DNA from: Bacillota bacterium
Lineage (GTDB): Bacteria; Bacillota; UBA4882; JBLNCG01
Direction of reading: 5' to 3'
NCBI GenBank assembly: GCA_050260475.1
Contig: JBLNCG010000019.1
Coordinates: 10,166-74,165, forward strand
DNA length: 64,000 nucleotides
Numbering within the stretch: the first letter of the stretch is position 1; the number at the start of each line of letters is the position of its first letter. The position numbers and the translations under genes are program-made. Below are positions 1 through 8,918 of the stretch, one piece after another. The notes under the pieces were generated by a model. That model saw only the letters and a list, made by a program, of their open reading frames with translations. It made no database searches and was not told where the DNA came from.

Positions 1-13
1 AATCATTATTATC

Positions 14-39
14 AAAAACGCATGTACATGCGTTTTTTT
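14..39. terminator. Bidirectional intrinsic terminator-like hairpin (AAAAACGCATG-TAC-CATGCGTTTTTTT)
   Basis: Palindromic GC-containing stem flanked by A5 on the left and T7 on the right. Confidence 0.5.
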
Positions 40-114
40 CTTACTTCTAACTTCCCGCTTCACACTTCTCAGTCCCCCGGTCCCCTTCCCGGACCATCCG
101 CATATCTTATAGGA

Positions 115-226
115 GCAATTTGCGTTGTAACTATATTTTACGTACCACTAAATATCGATAGCCCAATGGTAGCCATACACTATGTTTAGTGGCAAGGCCT
201 GGCATTAAGGTAACAACGCAATTGCC
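115..226 (+). repeat. Intergenic palindromic repeat, copy E1 (full length, about 112 nt)
   Basis: Matches the consensus: outer inverted repeat GCAATTTGCGTTGTAAC / GTAACAACGCAATTGCC, inner inverted repeat CCACTAAATAT / ATGTTTAGTGG, and central core ATCGATAGCCCAATGGTAGCCATACAC. Confidence 0.9.
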
Positions 227-257
227 TTCAGTAAATCACGATAGGAGGTAATCCCGA

Positions 258-953
258 ATGTCGACCAACATTCCCTGCCCCGGAGGGACATTATATACCA
301 TCCGGCCCGGTGATGCCTATTATTTGCTGGCCCCGCGCTTCAATACCACCATCGCAGCATTGATTGCCGCCAATCCCGGGGTAGACCCCGCCAATCTGCA
401 AATCGGGCAACAGATCTGCATTCCTGTGGCCCCAGTCCCCGGACCTTGTCCGGGAGGCTTTTCCCATACCATCGTCACCGGAGATACTTTTTTCAGCCTT
501 GCCAGACGTTATGGCATCGCAGTGGCCGCCTTGACAGCCGCCAATCCGGGCGTGGATCCGGACCGGCTGCAGATCGGCCAGCAAATTTGCATCCCTGCGC
601 CGGCGCCCCGGCCCCAGCCCTGCCCAGGCTCTTTATACAGCATCAAACCGGGGGATACTTTCATTGGTTTGGCCAGGCGCTTCGGCTATACCTTGGATGC
701 CATTTTGGCGGCAAATCCCGGCGTAGATCCCAACAGGCTGCAAATCGGGCAGCAAATCTGCCTGCCGCCATCCCCCGGCGGAGGACCTTTTCCATGTTTC
801 GGGGGATCCATCTATATTGTCCAGCCCGGAGATACGCTTTTTGCAATCGCGCGAAAATTCGGCCTCAGCCTTGCAGCCCTGCTGCAGGCGAATCCCGAAA
901 TTGCCGATCCCGACCGCATCGTCGCGGGCCAAGCGGTCTGCATTCCCAGGTAA
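258..953 (+). CDS. LysM-repeat protein with four LysM domains separated by Pro/Cys-rich linkers; SafA-like, possibly spore-coat associated
   Basis: Four repeats of the form YxIxPGDTxxxLAxRFxxxxxALxxANPGVDPxxLQIGQQICIP. RBS AGGAGG lies 7 nt upstream of the ATG. Confidence 0.85.
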   Translation: MSTNIPCPGGTLYTIRPGDAYYLLAPRFNTTIAALIAANPGVDPANLQIGQQICIPVAPVPGPCPGGFSHTIVTGDTFFSLARRYGIAVAALTAANPGVDPDRLQIGQQICIPAPAPRPQPCPGSLYSIKPGDTFIGLARRFGYTLDAILAANPGVDPNRLQIGQQICLPPSPGGGPFPCFGGSIYIVQPGDTLFAIARKFGLSLAALLQANPEIADPDRIVAGQAVCIPR

Positions 954-1026
954 CCTTGTTTCCATTCGTCACATATTTCGGTGTTCCTAAGTAATATATA
1001 CGAAAAGATCGAAAGGAGCTGGTCAT

Positions 1027-1587
1027 ATGGATGAATTTTTCAGACATGAGAGCGAGGGGGAATGCGGCGAGGATGCGGATGGCGCCGGCGAAAACGGGAA
1101 ATGCGAAGTAATGCCTATTCCATTTTGCTGTTATGTAACGGTTCCGGAGGGTTTTGAACCCGCACGGGAATGCGAGAGGCCGGTGATCCTCGCGGCGATT
1201 GTCGGCAATTGCACCTTCCTGTGCGACTCCAAAAAGGAAATTGAAGACGTGAAGATCGGTACCGAATGCGGCAACCTTTACTGCGATATCGAAGTCCCCA
1301 AAACAGACCTGGTGGGTTCCATCAAAGTGCAAAGCGCTTTGAAAATAAAGGAGATCTGCGGCGAACAATACACCTTCGTATGCTGTTGCGACTGCGTCTG
1401 CATTAATGAGACCTTGTGCTACAGATGTCCGGGCTGCGAACCCCCTTCCGTGGAAGACGTGGCTATAGAAATCGATCCGCGTTCGCTGGATGCCTGTGCG
1501 GTCGATAATTGCAATTGCAAAACCCTTTACAAGATCACCGGGAAATTAAAAGTCGACTTCTCGTGCCCGCGCTGCAAGCAGTCTTGA
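1027..1587 (+). CDS. Cysteine-rich hypothetical protein (about 12% Cys; motifs CCYV, VCCCDCVC, CPGC, CPRC)
   Basis: ORF with RBS AAAGGAG 8 nt upstream. It is co-directional with the LysM gene and separated from it by 73 nt. Cys clustering is typical of spore coat or exosporium proteins, but I recognise no family. Confidence 0.6.
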   Translation: MDEFFRHESEGECGEDADGAGENGKCEVMPIPFCCYVTVPEGFEPARECERPVILAAIVGNCTFLCDSKKEIEDVKIGTECGNLYCDIEVPKTDLVGSIKVQSALKIKEICGEQYTFVCCCDCVCINETLCYRCPGCEPPSVEDVAIEIDPRSLDACAVDNCNCKTLYKITGKLKVDFSCPRCKQS

Positions 1588-1628
1588 TCCGGGCCGGCAT
1601 CCGCGAGTTAAGCGGCGGAGGTGAAACC

Positions 1629-1865
1629 ATGGTTGTAATGATTTTAATCGTTTTTTGCTTGATTCTGGCGGCCTTGACCAGCTTGATCCATCCCGTCATA
1701 TACCGTAAATTGCTGAATTTCCTTTCCGCGCCCTGCGGCAAACGCCCGGATCCCGGACCGTATAACCATAAGACCGTAAAGAAAAAATACACCGGGTTAA
1801 ACAGGCCGGCGGCGGTTTATACCAAAGTTTCCAGGATAAACAGAGATAAACGACAGGATAGATGA
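1629..1865 (+). CDS. Small membrane protein (78 aa, one N-terminal transmembrane helix)
   Basis: The internal ATG at 1629 follows GGAGGTGA by 5 nt. The hydrophobic stretch is VVMILIVFCLILAALTSLI. The longer ORF from 1509 overlaps the upstream gene and is less likely. Confidence 0.45.
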   Translation: MVVMILIVFCLILAALTSLIHPVIYRKLLNFLSAPCGKRPDPGPYNHKTVKKKYTGLNRPAAVYTKVSRINRDKRQDR

Positions 1866-1871
1866 AATTAA

Positions 1872-1893
1872 GACGGCATTAAGCCGTTTTTTT
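1872..1893 (+). terminator. Intrinsic terminator (GACGGC-ATTAA-GCCGT followed by T6)
   Basis: Hairpin plus T-run 7 nt after the stop codon of the small membrane ORF. Confidence 0.6.
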
Positions 1894-2309
1894 GTTGGCG
1901 GGGATCGCCGTCAACAATTGCCCTGAAGCAATGTGAAAAGCGAAGCAAAGGAAGGGTGATGAAATGGAAACCGGATTCCGGCGCGTACGGAAAAAAGAAG
2001 CAAATCCATCCTCAGGTCATGAATTGAAAGCTTGTCAAATGCCTTGAATAAAATGATATCCCCGATTTCCCCGTGCTGACGGCTCCTGTCATATCCCCAC
2101 CTAATCACTATATAAAATTCGTATGGAACAGTATCCGACTTTAAACTTTCCCATAATATAACACGGAAAATAAAACTATCCGGTATTTTTCAATGATTTA
2201 TGCGGAAATATATCGACTATTTTCCTGTTTTTGCGGAGATTTTGTATCGCATCCGCGATAAAGAAAACCCGGTTGGATGTATTTATTTAATCACCGGCCT
2301 ATTATATAA

Positions 2310-2425
2310 GGCAATCGCGTTGTTACCTCAATGCCAGGTCTTGCCATTAATATAGTGTATGGCTATCATTAGGCTATCGATATTTAGCGGCAAGGCGTAA
2401 AATCATCATAAAAACGCAAATTGCT
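2310..2425 (-). repeat. Intergenic palindromic repeat, copy E2 (full length, inverted relative to E1)
   Basis: Its reverse complement matches the consensus end to end (GAGCAATTTGCGTTTTTATGATGATTTTACG ... GGTAACAACGCGATTGCC). Confidence 0.9.
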
Positions 2426-2466
2426 CTATATGACGATTTGCCGGAAGGTTGAAAGGAAGATGATAT

Positions 2467-4254
2467 ATGTCATTTAAGCGCACGAAAAGACTCCGGGAGC
2501 AAGCCGGAGACCAAGGAGATAATCTGTTTTCAGGGCGCAAATCGCTGGAAAGAGCTTTTGACGAAGCGGTGGAATTGCACCGCCGGGGGGTGGCCGGGGA
2601 TAAAGAGGCAGTCAGCAAGGCTTTTGCTCTTTTCGAAAAAATACATGAGGCGGCGCCCAAAAACAACCTGGCGGCCGCTTACTACGGCAGCTCTCTCGCC
2701 CTTCAGGGAAGGGACGCCGTAGACCCGAACGAGAGATTTCAAAAAGCCATCCGGGGTTTAAAATACCTGGACGCGGCAGCGGAGAATGAACCGGAAAACA
2801 TTCAGATACGGACTCTACGCGGATATGTATGCAGCCGCCTCCCCGAGGCTTTTTTTCACCGCACGCATACGGCGATAGAGGATTTCGGTTCCCTGGTTTC
2901 CCGCTTTGAGAAAGATCCGGGCCTGTTCGCGAAAGATTTCTATTGCCAGTTGCTTTACGATCTCGGAGCAGCATACAAGAACCTCAACCGCTGCGATGAA
3001 GCCGAACAAACATGGAAAAAATTGCTTTCCGTCACCGGCGGCTCTAAATATTTGAACCTGTTGCGCCAGGAAGGCTGCTCCCCCCCAAAGAACCCCGGAA
3101 GTTCATCAAGCGCCAATCCATCCGATGAAACAAGGCGCCTGGAAGAGGGGAGGAAACTTCACCGTGCAGCACTGAACTGCCGAAAAGGCGCCGCCCAAAG
3201 CGCATACGATTTTTTCACGAAGGCTCTGGATGAAACGCCGGGCCATCCGCTTTACTCCGCCTACCAGGCGGACTGCCTGTCCATGATCGGTCGGGATGCC
3301 GAGGATCCCGGGATGATGTTCGGCAACGCCATCAAAGCCATGAAAGTGCTGGATAATGCCGTAAACAACAATCCGGACAACTTTGAAATACGCTTGTTAC
3401 GCGCCAACCACAGCTTTCGGCTGCCGGAAGCCTTTTTCCGCAGGACCGCCACAGCTATCAGCGATTATGAGTATCTAACCGGCAGGTATGAAACAGATCC
3501 CTCAAGTTTCCCGGTTCAGGAATATTGGCGGTTGCTTTATAACCTGGGCGAGGCTTACCTCCGTCTGGGCCTTTCCACGGAAAGCTCTTCCGTCTGGAAA
3601 AAACTGCTTGAACTTAAACCGGATCCGGAATATAAGGATGCGGTGGAAAAACAGATGGATGCCGGTCTTCCGGACCGGGTAAAACACGTTTCCTTGCATG
3701 ACAAAGACGCATATTACCGGGAAGCGGTGCGCCTTCATGACCTGGCGGTCAACGGGCGTCCGGGGGCGGCCAAATCCGCCCTGGAATTGTGGGAAAAGGC
3801 ATTCAAAGCCGATCCCGAGAACGCCCTGGCCGAAGCCTATTACGGAAGCAGCCTGGCCTTATGCGGCCGCAACTCTACCGAACCCAACCGTCTTTTTTCG
3901 GATACCATCAAGGGGTTGAAGCATATCAACCGGGCAGCGGGGAAAGACTGGAAAAATCCTCAAATCCGCTTGCTCCGGGCCTATCTCACCTTCTCTTTGC
4001 CCGAATCCTTTTTCCATATGACAGAACGGGCCGTCAAGGATTTCAGGTATTTGAAATCAGCATATGAGCAGGATACCTCCCTATTCCCGGCCGGAGTATA
4101 TTACCGGATTTTATACGACCTGGGGCGGGCATACCGCCGTCTGAACCAGGATGCGCTGGCTGATAAAGTCTGGAAGAAATTATCCAAGGAACATCCGGAT
4201 TTATACCGGGAACTGGTTGAAGGAACCATCCCCCCGGAGGAGGAGAGCCGATGA
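2467..4254 (+). CDS. Helical-repeat (TPR-like) protein with three internal repeats of about 170 aa
   Basis: 595 aa. The repeats share AxAYYGSSLAL-GR----PN--F---IKGLK-L-------P-N-QIR-LR-Y----LPE-FFH-T--A--DF-YL---YE-D---FP---Y-LLY-LG-AY--L-------WKKL. RBS AAAGGAAG lies 6 nt upstream. The stop overlaps the next start (ATGA). Confidence 0.7.
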   Translation: MSFKRTKRLREQAGDQGDNLFSGRKSLERAFDEAVELHRRGVAGDKEAVSKAFALFEKIHEAAPKNNLAAAYYGSSLALQGRDAVDPNERFQKAIRGLKYLDAAAENEPENIQIRTLRGYVCSRLPEAFFHRTHTAIEDFGSLVSRFEKDPGLFAKDFYCQLLYDLGAAYKNLNRCDEAEQTWKKLLSVTGGSKYLNLLRQEGCSPPKNPGSSSSANPSDETRRLEEGRKLHRAALNCRKGAAQSAYDFFTKALDETPGHPLYSAYQADCLSMIGRDAEDPGMMFGNAIKAMKVLDNAVNNNPDNFEIRLLRANHSFRLPEAFFRRTATAISDYEYLTGRYETDPSSFPVQEYWRLLYNLGEAYLRLGLSTESSSVWKKLLELKPDPEYKDAVEKQMDAGLPDRVKHVSLHDKDAYYREAVRLHDLAVNGRPGAAKSALELWEKAFKADPENALAEAYYGSSLALCGRNSTEPNRLFSDTIKGLKHINRAAGKDWKNPQIRLLRAYLTFSLPESFFHMTERAVKDFRYLKSAYEQDTSLFPAGVYYRILYDLGRAYRRLNQDALADKVWKKLSKEHPDLYRELVEGTIPPEEESR

Positions 4255-5582
4255 ACTCGCTTTTTGAAAAAAAACTGCATTCCCTGGCAAAACCGCCTTT
4301 GATCTCGAAGTACTTCGATACCGGCGAATTTACGGACGCCATGGCCCTAGATAAGCTGGCCGCATACCACGATGAAGCGGTCCAATCAATAATTGCAATT
4401 GCATTTGAAAAATCCCCGTTCTATCGGAGGAAAATGTCCGAAGCCGGCATTACCGCTTCGGATATCGCAGGAACCGCCGGTTTGCCGCGCTTGCCCTTTA
4501 CCGCCAAGGAAGAGCTCAGGGGAAATCCCTGGATCCTGCTGGCCTGCCCCAAAGAGGACATCGCCTTGATTCAGGTCTCCACGGGGACCACCGGCGGGGA
4601 GGAAATATATATCATGTATACCTGGGAGGATTTTTATCTCCACGACCTTTCCCCCGGCTATCCCTCACTGGTGCCCGTGGAAAAGGGGGATGTCTGTTTC
4701 GTCGCCCTCCCCTATGAAATGAGTTCCGCCGGGCTGGCCTTTCATAAAACTTTTATGGAGGGCTGCCGGGCCACCGTGATCCCTTCCGGAAAAGGCGGGG
4801 CCTATTCTACGCCGGAAAAGACCGTAAAGCTTATGCGCGACCTCAAACCGACCGTGGTAATCACCACGCCGTCCTGGGCGGTCACCCTGGCCGAGGCGGC
4901 TGCCGCTTCCTCCCTCGACTTGCCGGACCTGCATCTAAAAAAAATCTGGCTGACCGGAGAGGGGTGCTCTCCGTCCTTCCGCTCACGCGTAGAGAAAATG
5001 TGGGGCGCCATAGCCAATTTTTATTACGGTTCGCTGGAATGCGGATGCATAGGAATCGAATGCGACGCCCACCAAGGGTATCACATTACCGCCGGACATG
5101 TATTCCTAGAAATCGTGGATCCGAAAACAGGCCAAGCGCTGGAGCCGGGAGAGATCGGGGAAATTGCCGCCACATGCCTGTTGAGATATCACACTCCCCT
5201 GCTGCGCTATAAGACGCAAGATCTTGGATATATCGACCTTGAACCCTGCCCTTGCGGAGTACCGCTGCCGCGCCTATTTTTGCGGGGAAGGCTGGTGGAT
5301 CAAATCGAAATCCGTGGAACTTCCTTCTCCCCGTTTTACCTGGAGGAATTTTTGATGCGGCTCCCGGAAGTAGGCAACTGGTTTCAGATTGTCGCGGATC
5401 CCGCCTGCCCGGATCTGCTCCGCATACGGTGCGAATTGGCGCCCGGCGTACAGGCATCAACTGAACTCGCTGATATATTGGCCAGCAAAATGGAATACTT
5501 TACGGGGCTCCCCTGCCGGTTCGAATTTGCCGAACGGATCCCGCGCACAGGGGGAAAAGCTTTGCGCGTGGTCAAGGAATAA
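4251..5582 (+). CDS. PaaK / coenzyme-F390-synthetase / CapK-family adenylate-forming enzyme (paralogue 1)
   Basis: 443 aa. It carries the AMP-binding-like motif VSTGTTGG and has the overall PaaK architecture. The 4-nt overlap with the upstream gene suggests translational coupling. Confidence 0.75.
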   Translation: MNSLFEKKLHSLAKPPLISKYFDTGEFTDAMALDKLAAYHDEAVQSIIAIAFEKSPFYRRKMSEAGITASDIAGTAGLPRLPFTAKEELRGNPWILLACPKEDIALIQVSTGTTGGEEIYIMYTWEDFYLHDLSPGYPSLVPVEKGDVCFVALPYEMSSAGLAFHKTFMEGCRATVIPSGKGGAYSTPEKTVKLMRDLKPTVVITTPSWAVTLAEAAAASSLDLPDLHLKKIWLTGEGCSPSFRSRVEKMWGAIANFYYGSLECGCIGIECDAHQGYHITAGHVFLEIVDPKTGQALEPGEIGEIAATCLLRYHTPLLRYKTQDLGYIDLEPCPCGVPLPRLFLRGRLVDQIEIRGTSFSPFYLEEFLMRLPEVGNWFQIVADPACPDLLRIRCELAPGVQASTELADILASKMEYFTGLPCRFEFAERIPRTGGKALRVVKE

Positions 5583-5604
5583 TGCCCTGAAAGGAGTGTT
5601 GAAT

Positions 5605-6384
5605 ATGATCATCGACGCCCACGCCCATCTTTCCAACACCGATTACGGCAATACCCTTCTCTACCTCAAGCAGATACAGGAAGCCGGCATTGAAAAAGGA
5701 ATGGCGGTCCCCGGAGGAATGGTGGACGTCAGGAGAATGACGGACTATATCACCGGAAAATCCGCGCCGGATAATCCCGTCCCCGACAACGGATATGTGG
5801 CCCAAGCCTGCCGGGATCATGAAGGCGTCCTTTACGGTTTTCTATGCATAAATCCGCATGATCCGGATGCGCTTCACGCCGCGGAGCAAGGATTTCAAAA
5901 CGGATACCGGGGATTAAAATTATCCCCCCTCACCCACCAATTTTCCTTCGCCGGTAAAGCGGTGGCGGATCTTGCCGCCCTGTGCGGGAATTATGGGCTT
6001 CCCATGTATACCCATGTCGTATACAGCCCCGGAGCCTGCACCGGCAAATTCATCGCTTTGGCCAGGCAATTTCCCGGGACCCATTTTTTATTGGGGCACA
6101 TGGGATTCGGTCCGGCGGACAGCGAAGGGCTGGAAGCAGCGGCTGAACTGGACAATTTTTATATGGAAACATCCACCGGCAGCTTTCTTCACATCAAAGA
6201 GGCCGTAAAAAAAGCCGGGTCCGGGAAAGTTGTTTTCGGCTCGGAATTCCCTTTGTCCCACCCGTTCGTGGAGCTTGTAAAAATCCTGCGGCTTGACCTG
6301 GCTGAGGTGGATACGGAAAAAATCCTGGGGGGAAATATCAGCGCGCTGACCGGCCTGCCCGGCACCTGGAGGCATGAAAAATGA
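5605..6384 (+). CDS. Metal-dependent amidohydrolase (amidohydrolase-2-like TIM barrel)
   Basis: Starts MIIDAHAHL and contains HMGFGP. ATG at 5605 with AAAGGAG 7 nt upstream. The longer ORF from 5389 overlaps the previous gene and is rejected. Confidence 0.7.
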   Translation: MIIDAHAHLSNTDYGNTLLYLKQIQEAGIEKGMAVPGGMVDVRRMTDYITGKSAPDNPVPDNGYVAQACRDHEGVLYGFLCINPHDPDALHAAEQGFQNGYRGLKLSPLTHQFSFAGKAVADLAALCGNYGLPMYTHVVYSPGACTGKFIALARQFPGTHFLLGHMGFGPADSEGLEAAAELDNFYMETSTGSFLHIKEAVKKAGSGKVVFGSEFPLSHPFVELVKILRLDLAEVDTEKILGGNISALTGLPGTWRHEK

Positions 6385-7640
6385 ATTCCGGCGAAATGAA
6401 ACTCAAACTCTTGAACCGGACCCTTAAAAGGTGTGAAAAATCCGAATTCTACCGGGGCAGGCCGGGGGGGAAATCCTTGAAATCTTTGGATGATTTGAAA
6501 GGCATCCCGCTGACCACCAAGGATGATCTGCGCAACAACTCCCCGTACGGTTTGATCTGCGCGCCCCGCCGGGCGCTCGTGCAATACCACGAATCCTTCG
6601 GCACCACGGGAGTCCCGGTTTCCATATGGCTGACCAGGGAGGATCTGCGCCGTAACGCCAAAATAATATCATACTGGGGCGTGGGTTTCAACGCGGACGA
6701 TACAGTCTTAATCCGCTATCCTTATGCCATTTCAGGCGTCGCCCACATGGTGCACGCCGGAGCGCAACGTAAAAAGGCCTGCGTTATTCCGGCCAGCTCC
6801 CGTACCGCAGTATGCCCTTTTCCCCGTATCGTAAGCCTAATGCGCAAGCTGGGCGTAACCGTCCTGGCCGGATTGCCCCTGCAGGCGCTGCTCATCGCGG
6901 AAACCGCCGAGTTGATGGGTTACCGGCCCGGAAAGGATTTTCCGATGCTGCGCGCCCTCTGTACTGCCGGTGAACCGCTTTCGCCCTGGCGCCGGAAATT
7001 GCTGGAGGATATCTGGGGTGTCCCGGTGTTCGACAATTACGGCCTGACGGAAACCGGACCGCTTGCTCTGGATTGTGAATTCGGACACTTGCATCCCCTG
7101 GAGGATGATTATATCTTTGAAATCCTGCGCGATGACTTTCAAACACCGTCGGCGGAAAACGAATGCGGATATCTTGTCATCACCACATTATGCAGGGAGG
7201 GAACCCCCTTGCTGAGATATCTCACCGGAGACCTAGTAAGGATGGTCGAACAGGATTGCCCCTGCGGATCCCGCCTGACTATGGAAGTACACGGCCGTTC
7301 CGAGCAGCGCATATCCGCGGGTCCGGCAATCCTTGACATATGGGACCTCGATGAAATCGTTTCGTTTCTTCCATATCGCCGCTTCTGGATAGCGGCGCCC
7401 GCTCAAGACGGAATCAAAATAGTCCTTGAAGAAGAGCCGGAATCCGGCCCTCTGCATTATAAAAAAGCTGATTCGTTGGAAACCCGTTTCGGCGTCCGGG
7501 TGCACCTAGAAATCGTACCGAAAGGAACGCTTTTTAACCGCAGCAAACTCCTGGAAACGGCCATAATAGGTAAACCTGCTTATATCGTATCCCCGGAAGA
7601 GCTGGCCGAAAAAAAGCAACCGGCTGCATCCGTCCTCTAA
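6381..7640 (+). CDS. PaaK / F390-synthetase-family adenylate-forming enzyme (paralogue 2)
   Basis: 419 aa with motif SFGTTGVP and the context KGIPLTTKDDLR typical of the PaaK N-domain. It overlaps the amidohydrolase stop (ATGA). Confidence 0.7.
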   Translation: MNSGEMKLKLLNRTLKRCEKSEFYRGRPGGKSLKSLDDLKGIPLTTKDDLRNNSPYGLICAPRRALVQYHESFGTTGVPVSIWLTREDLRRNAKIISYWGVGFNADDTVLIRYPYAISGVAHMVHAGAQRKKACVIPASSRTAVCPFPRIVSLMRKLGVTVLAGLPLQALLIAETAELMGYRPGKDFPMLRALCTAGEPLSPWRRKLLEDIWGVPVFDNYGLTETGPLALDCEFGHLHPLEDDYIFEILRDDFQTPSAENECGYLVITTLCREGTPLLRYLTGDLVRMVEQDCPCGSRLTMEVHGRSEQRISAGPAILDIWDLDEIVSFLPYRRFWIAAPAQDGIKIVLEEEPESGPLHYKKADSLETRFGVRVHLEIVPKGTLFNRSKLLETAIIGKPAYIVSPEELAEKKQPAASVL

Positions 7641-7646
7641 ATTAAA

Positions 7647-7757
7647 GCAATTTGCGTTGTTATGATAATTTTACGTCCTGCCAAAATATCGATAGCCTAA
7701 TGGTAACCGTACACTTATTTAGCGGCAAGACCTTGAATTAAAATAAACGCAATTGCC
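7647..7757 (+). repeat. Intergenic palindromic repeat, copy E3 (full length)
   Basis: GCAATTTGCGTTGTTATGATAATTTTACGTCCTGCCAAAATATCGATAGCCTAATGGTAACCGTACAC ... AATAAACGCAATTGCC. Confidence 0.9.
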
Positions 7758-7797
7758 TCAATTAAGAAACATCCGCGACATCCGGAAAGGAGCATGT

Positions 7798-8907
7798 TTG
7801 TTGAATAAGAGCGTTATAAAAGAGATATGGTTTGACGGTCGGGGCCTCCCCCTCCATTCTCAAACCTGGAACCTGATTTACAACTCCCCCATCGCCAAGA
7901 TCATAACTACCCCAGATCAGCGCAAGAGTAACCGTTTTCCGTTTAAAACGGAATTCATGATCGAACCGGGGACTTCCGGAGATTTGGAAGGATTCACCGA
8001 AGGAGATACCGTAATTTCGGATCAGCCGGATCTTCTTTCTGCGGCACAAAGAAAAAGATTGAAAACATGCCTTATTCTGTCCGTAAAATCCGGCCAATCA
8101 CTGGATCAACTATGCAAGGAAGCTTCGTTATATGATTATGTTGCGTTGGATTTCGATTTGCCCACCAATATCCCTCTGGAGCTGTTTATAGCACGTTTAC
8201 AGGACGGCGATACGGCCATCCTTCGCATGACAAATACGGTAGAAGACGTAAAAGTCGCATTCGGAGTCCTGGAAAAAGGAAGCGACGGCGTAATCTTCGG
8301 CAGCGCGGAACTGGCGCAAATCGAGGCTTTATGTGCCTTCATGGTTGAAAATGAGAATTCGAAAATCGATTTGCGCCCGCTTATCGTTACGGAAATAAGA
8401 TATGCCGGTATGGGCATGCGCGCATGCATCGACACCACCGGCTTGATGACACAAGAAGAGGGAATGCTGGTCGGTTCCACCTCCAACGGCGGCATCTTTG
8501 TCTGCTCGGAAACACATTTCCTCCCTTATATGAACCTTCGCCCGTTCAGAGTAAATGCCGGCGCCGTGCATTCTTATGTCTGGATGCCGGGGGACAACGC
8601 GGAATACATCACCGATCTTTCGGCGGGCAGCAGGATTTTATGCGTGAATACAGGAAGCGGCTTGCGGGAGCTTACCGTGGGAAGGGTGAAGATCGAAAAA
8701 AGGCCCCTGCTCATGATAAAAGGCAGTTCCAATGGGGCGGAAATCAATGTCATTATTCAGGATGACTGGCACATCCGTTTGATGGGAGCGGACGGGAAGC
8801 CCAAAAACGCCACATTGATCCGCCCCGGGGATGAACTGCTTGCATACCCCTGCAAACCGGGACGACATGTAGGCATTAAAGTCCATGAGACAATCATCGA
8901 GAAATAA
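7798..8907 (+). CDS. 3-dehydroquinate synthase II, archaeal-type (AroB')
   Basis: N-terminus KEIWFDGRG and overall similarity to archaeal DHQ synthase II. I take the start as TTG 7798 (AAAGGAG 5 nt upstream). The ORF-track start at 7753 lies inside the repeat and is unlikely. Confidence 0.7.
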   Translation: MLNKSVIKEIWFDGRGLPLHSQTWNLIYNSPIAKIITTPDQRKSNRFPFKTEFMIEPGTSGDLEGFTEGDTVISDQPDLLSAAQRKRLKTCLILSVKSGQSLDQLCKEASLYDYVALDFDLPTNIPLELFIARLQDGDTAILRMTNTVEDVKVAFGVLEKGSDGVIFGSAELAQIEALCAFMVENENSKIDLRPLIVTEIRYAGMGMRACIDTTGLMTQEEGMLVGSTSNGGIFVCSETHFLPYMNLRPFRVNAGAVHSYVWMPGDNAEYITDLSAGSRILCVNTGSGLRELTVGRVKIEKRPLLMIKGSSNGAEINVIIQDDWHIRLMGADGKPKNATLIRPGDELLAYPCKPGRHVGIKVHETIIEK

Positions 8908-8918
8908 CGCCAAAGGGG

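Noticed and set aside
7753-7797. ORF-track start of aroB' at 7753
   Set aside because: The TTG at 7753 lies inside repeat E3 and has no RBS. A downstream TTG at 7798 has AAAGGAG and matches the conserved N-terminus.
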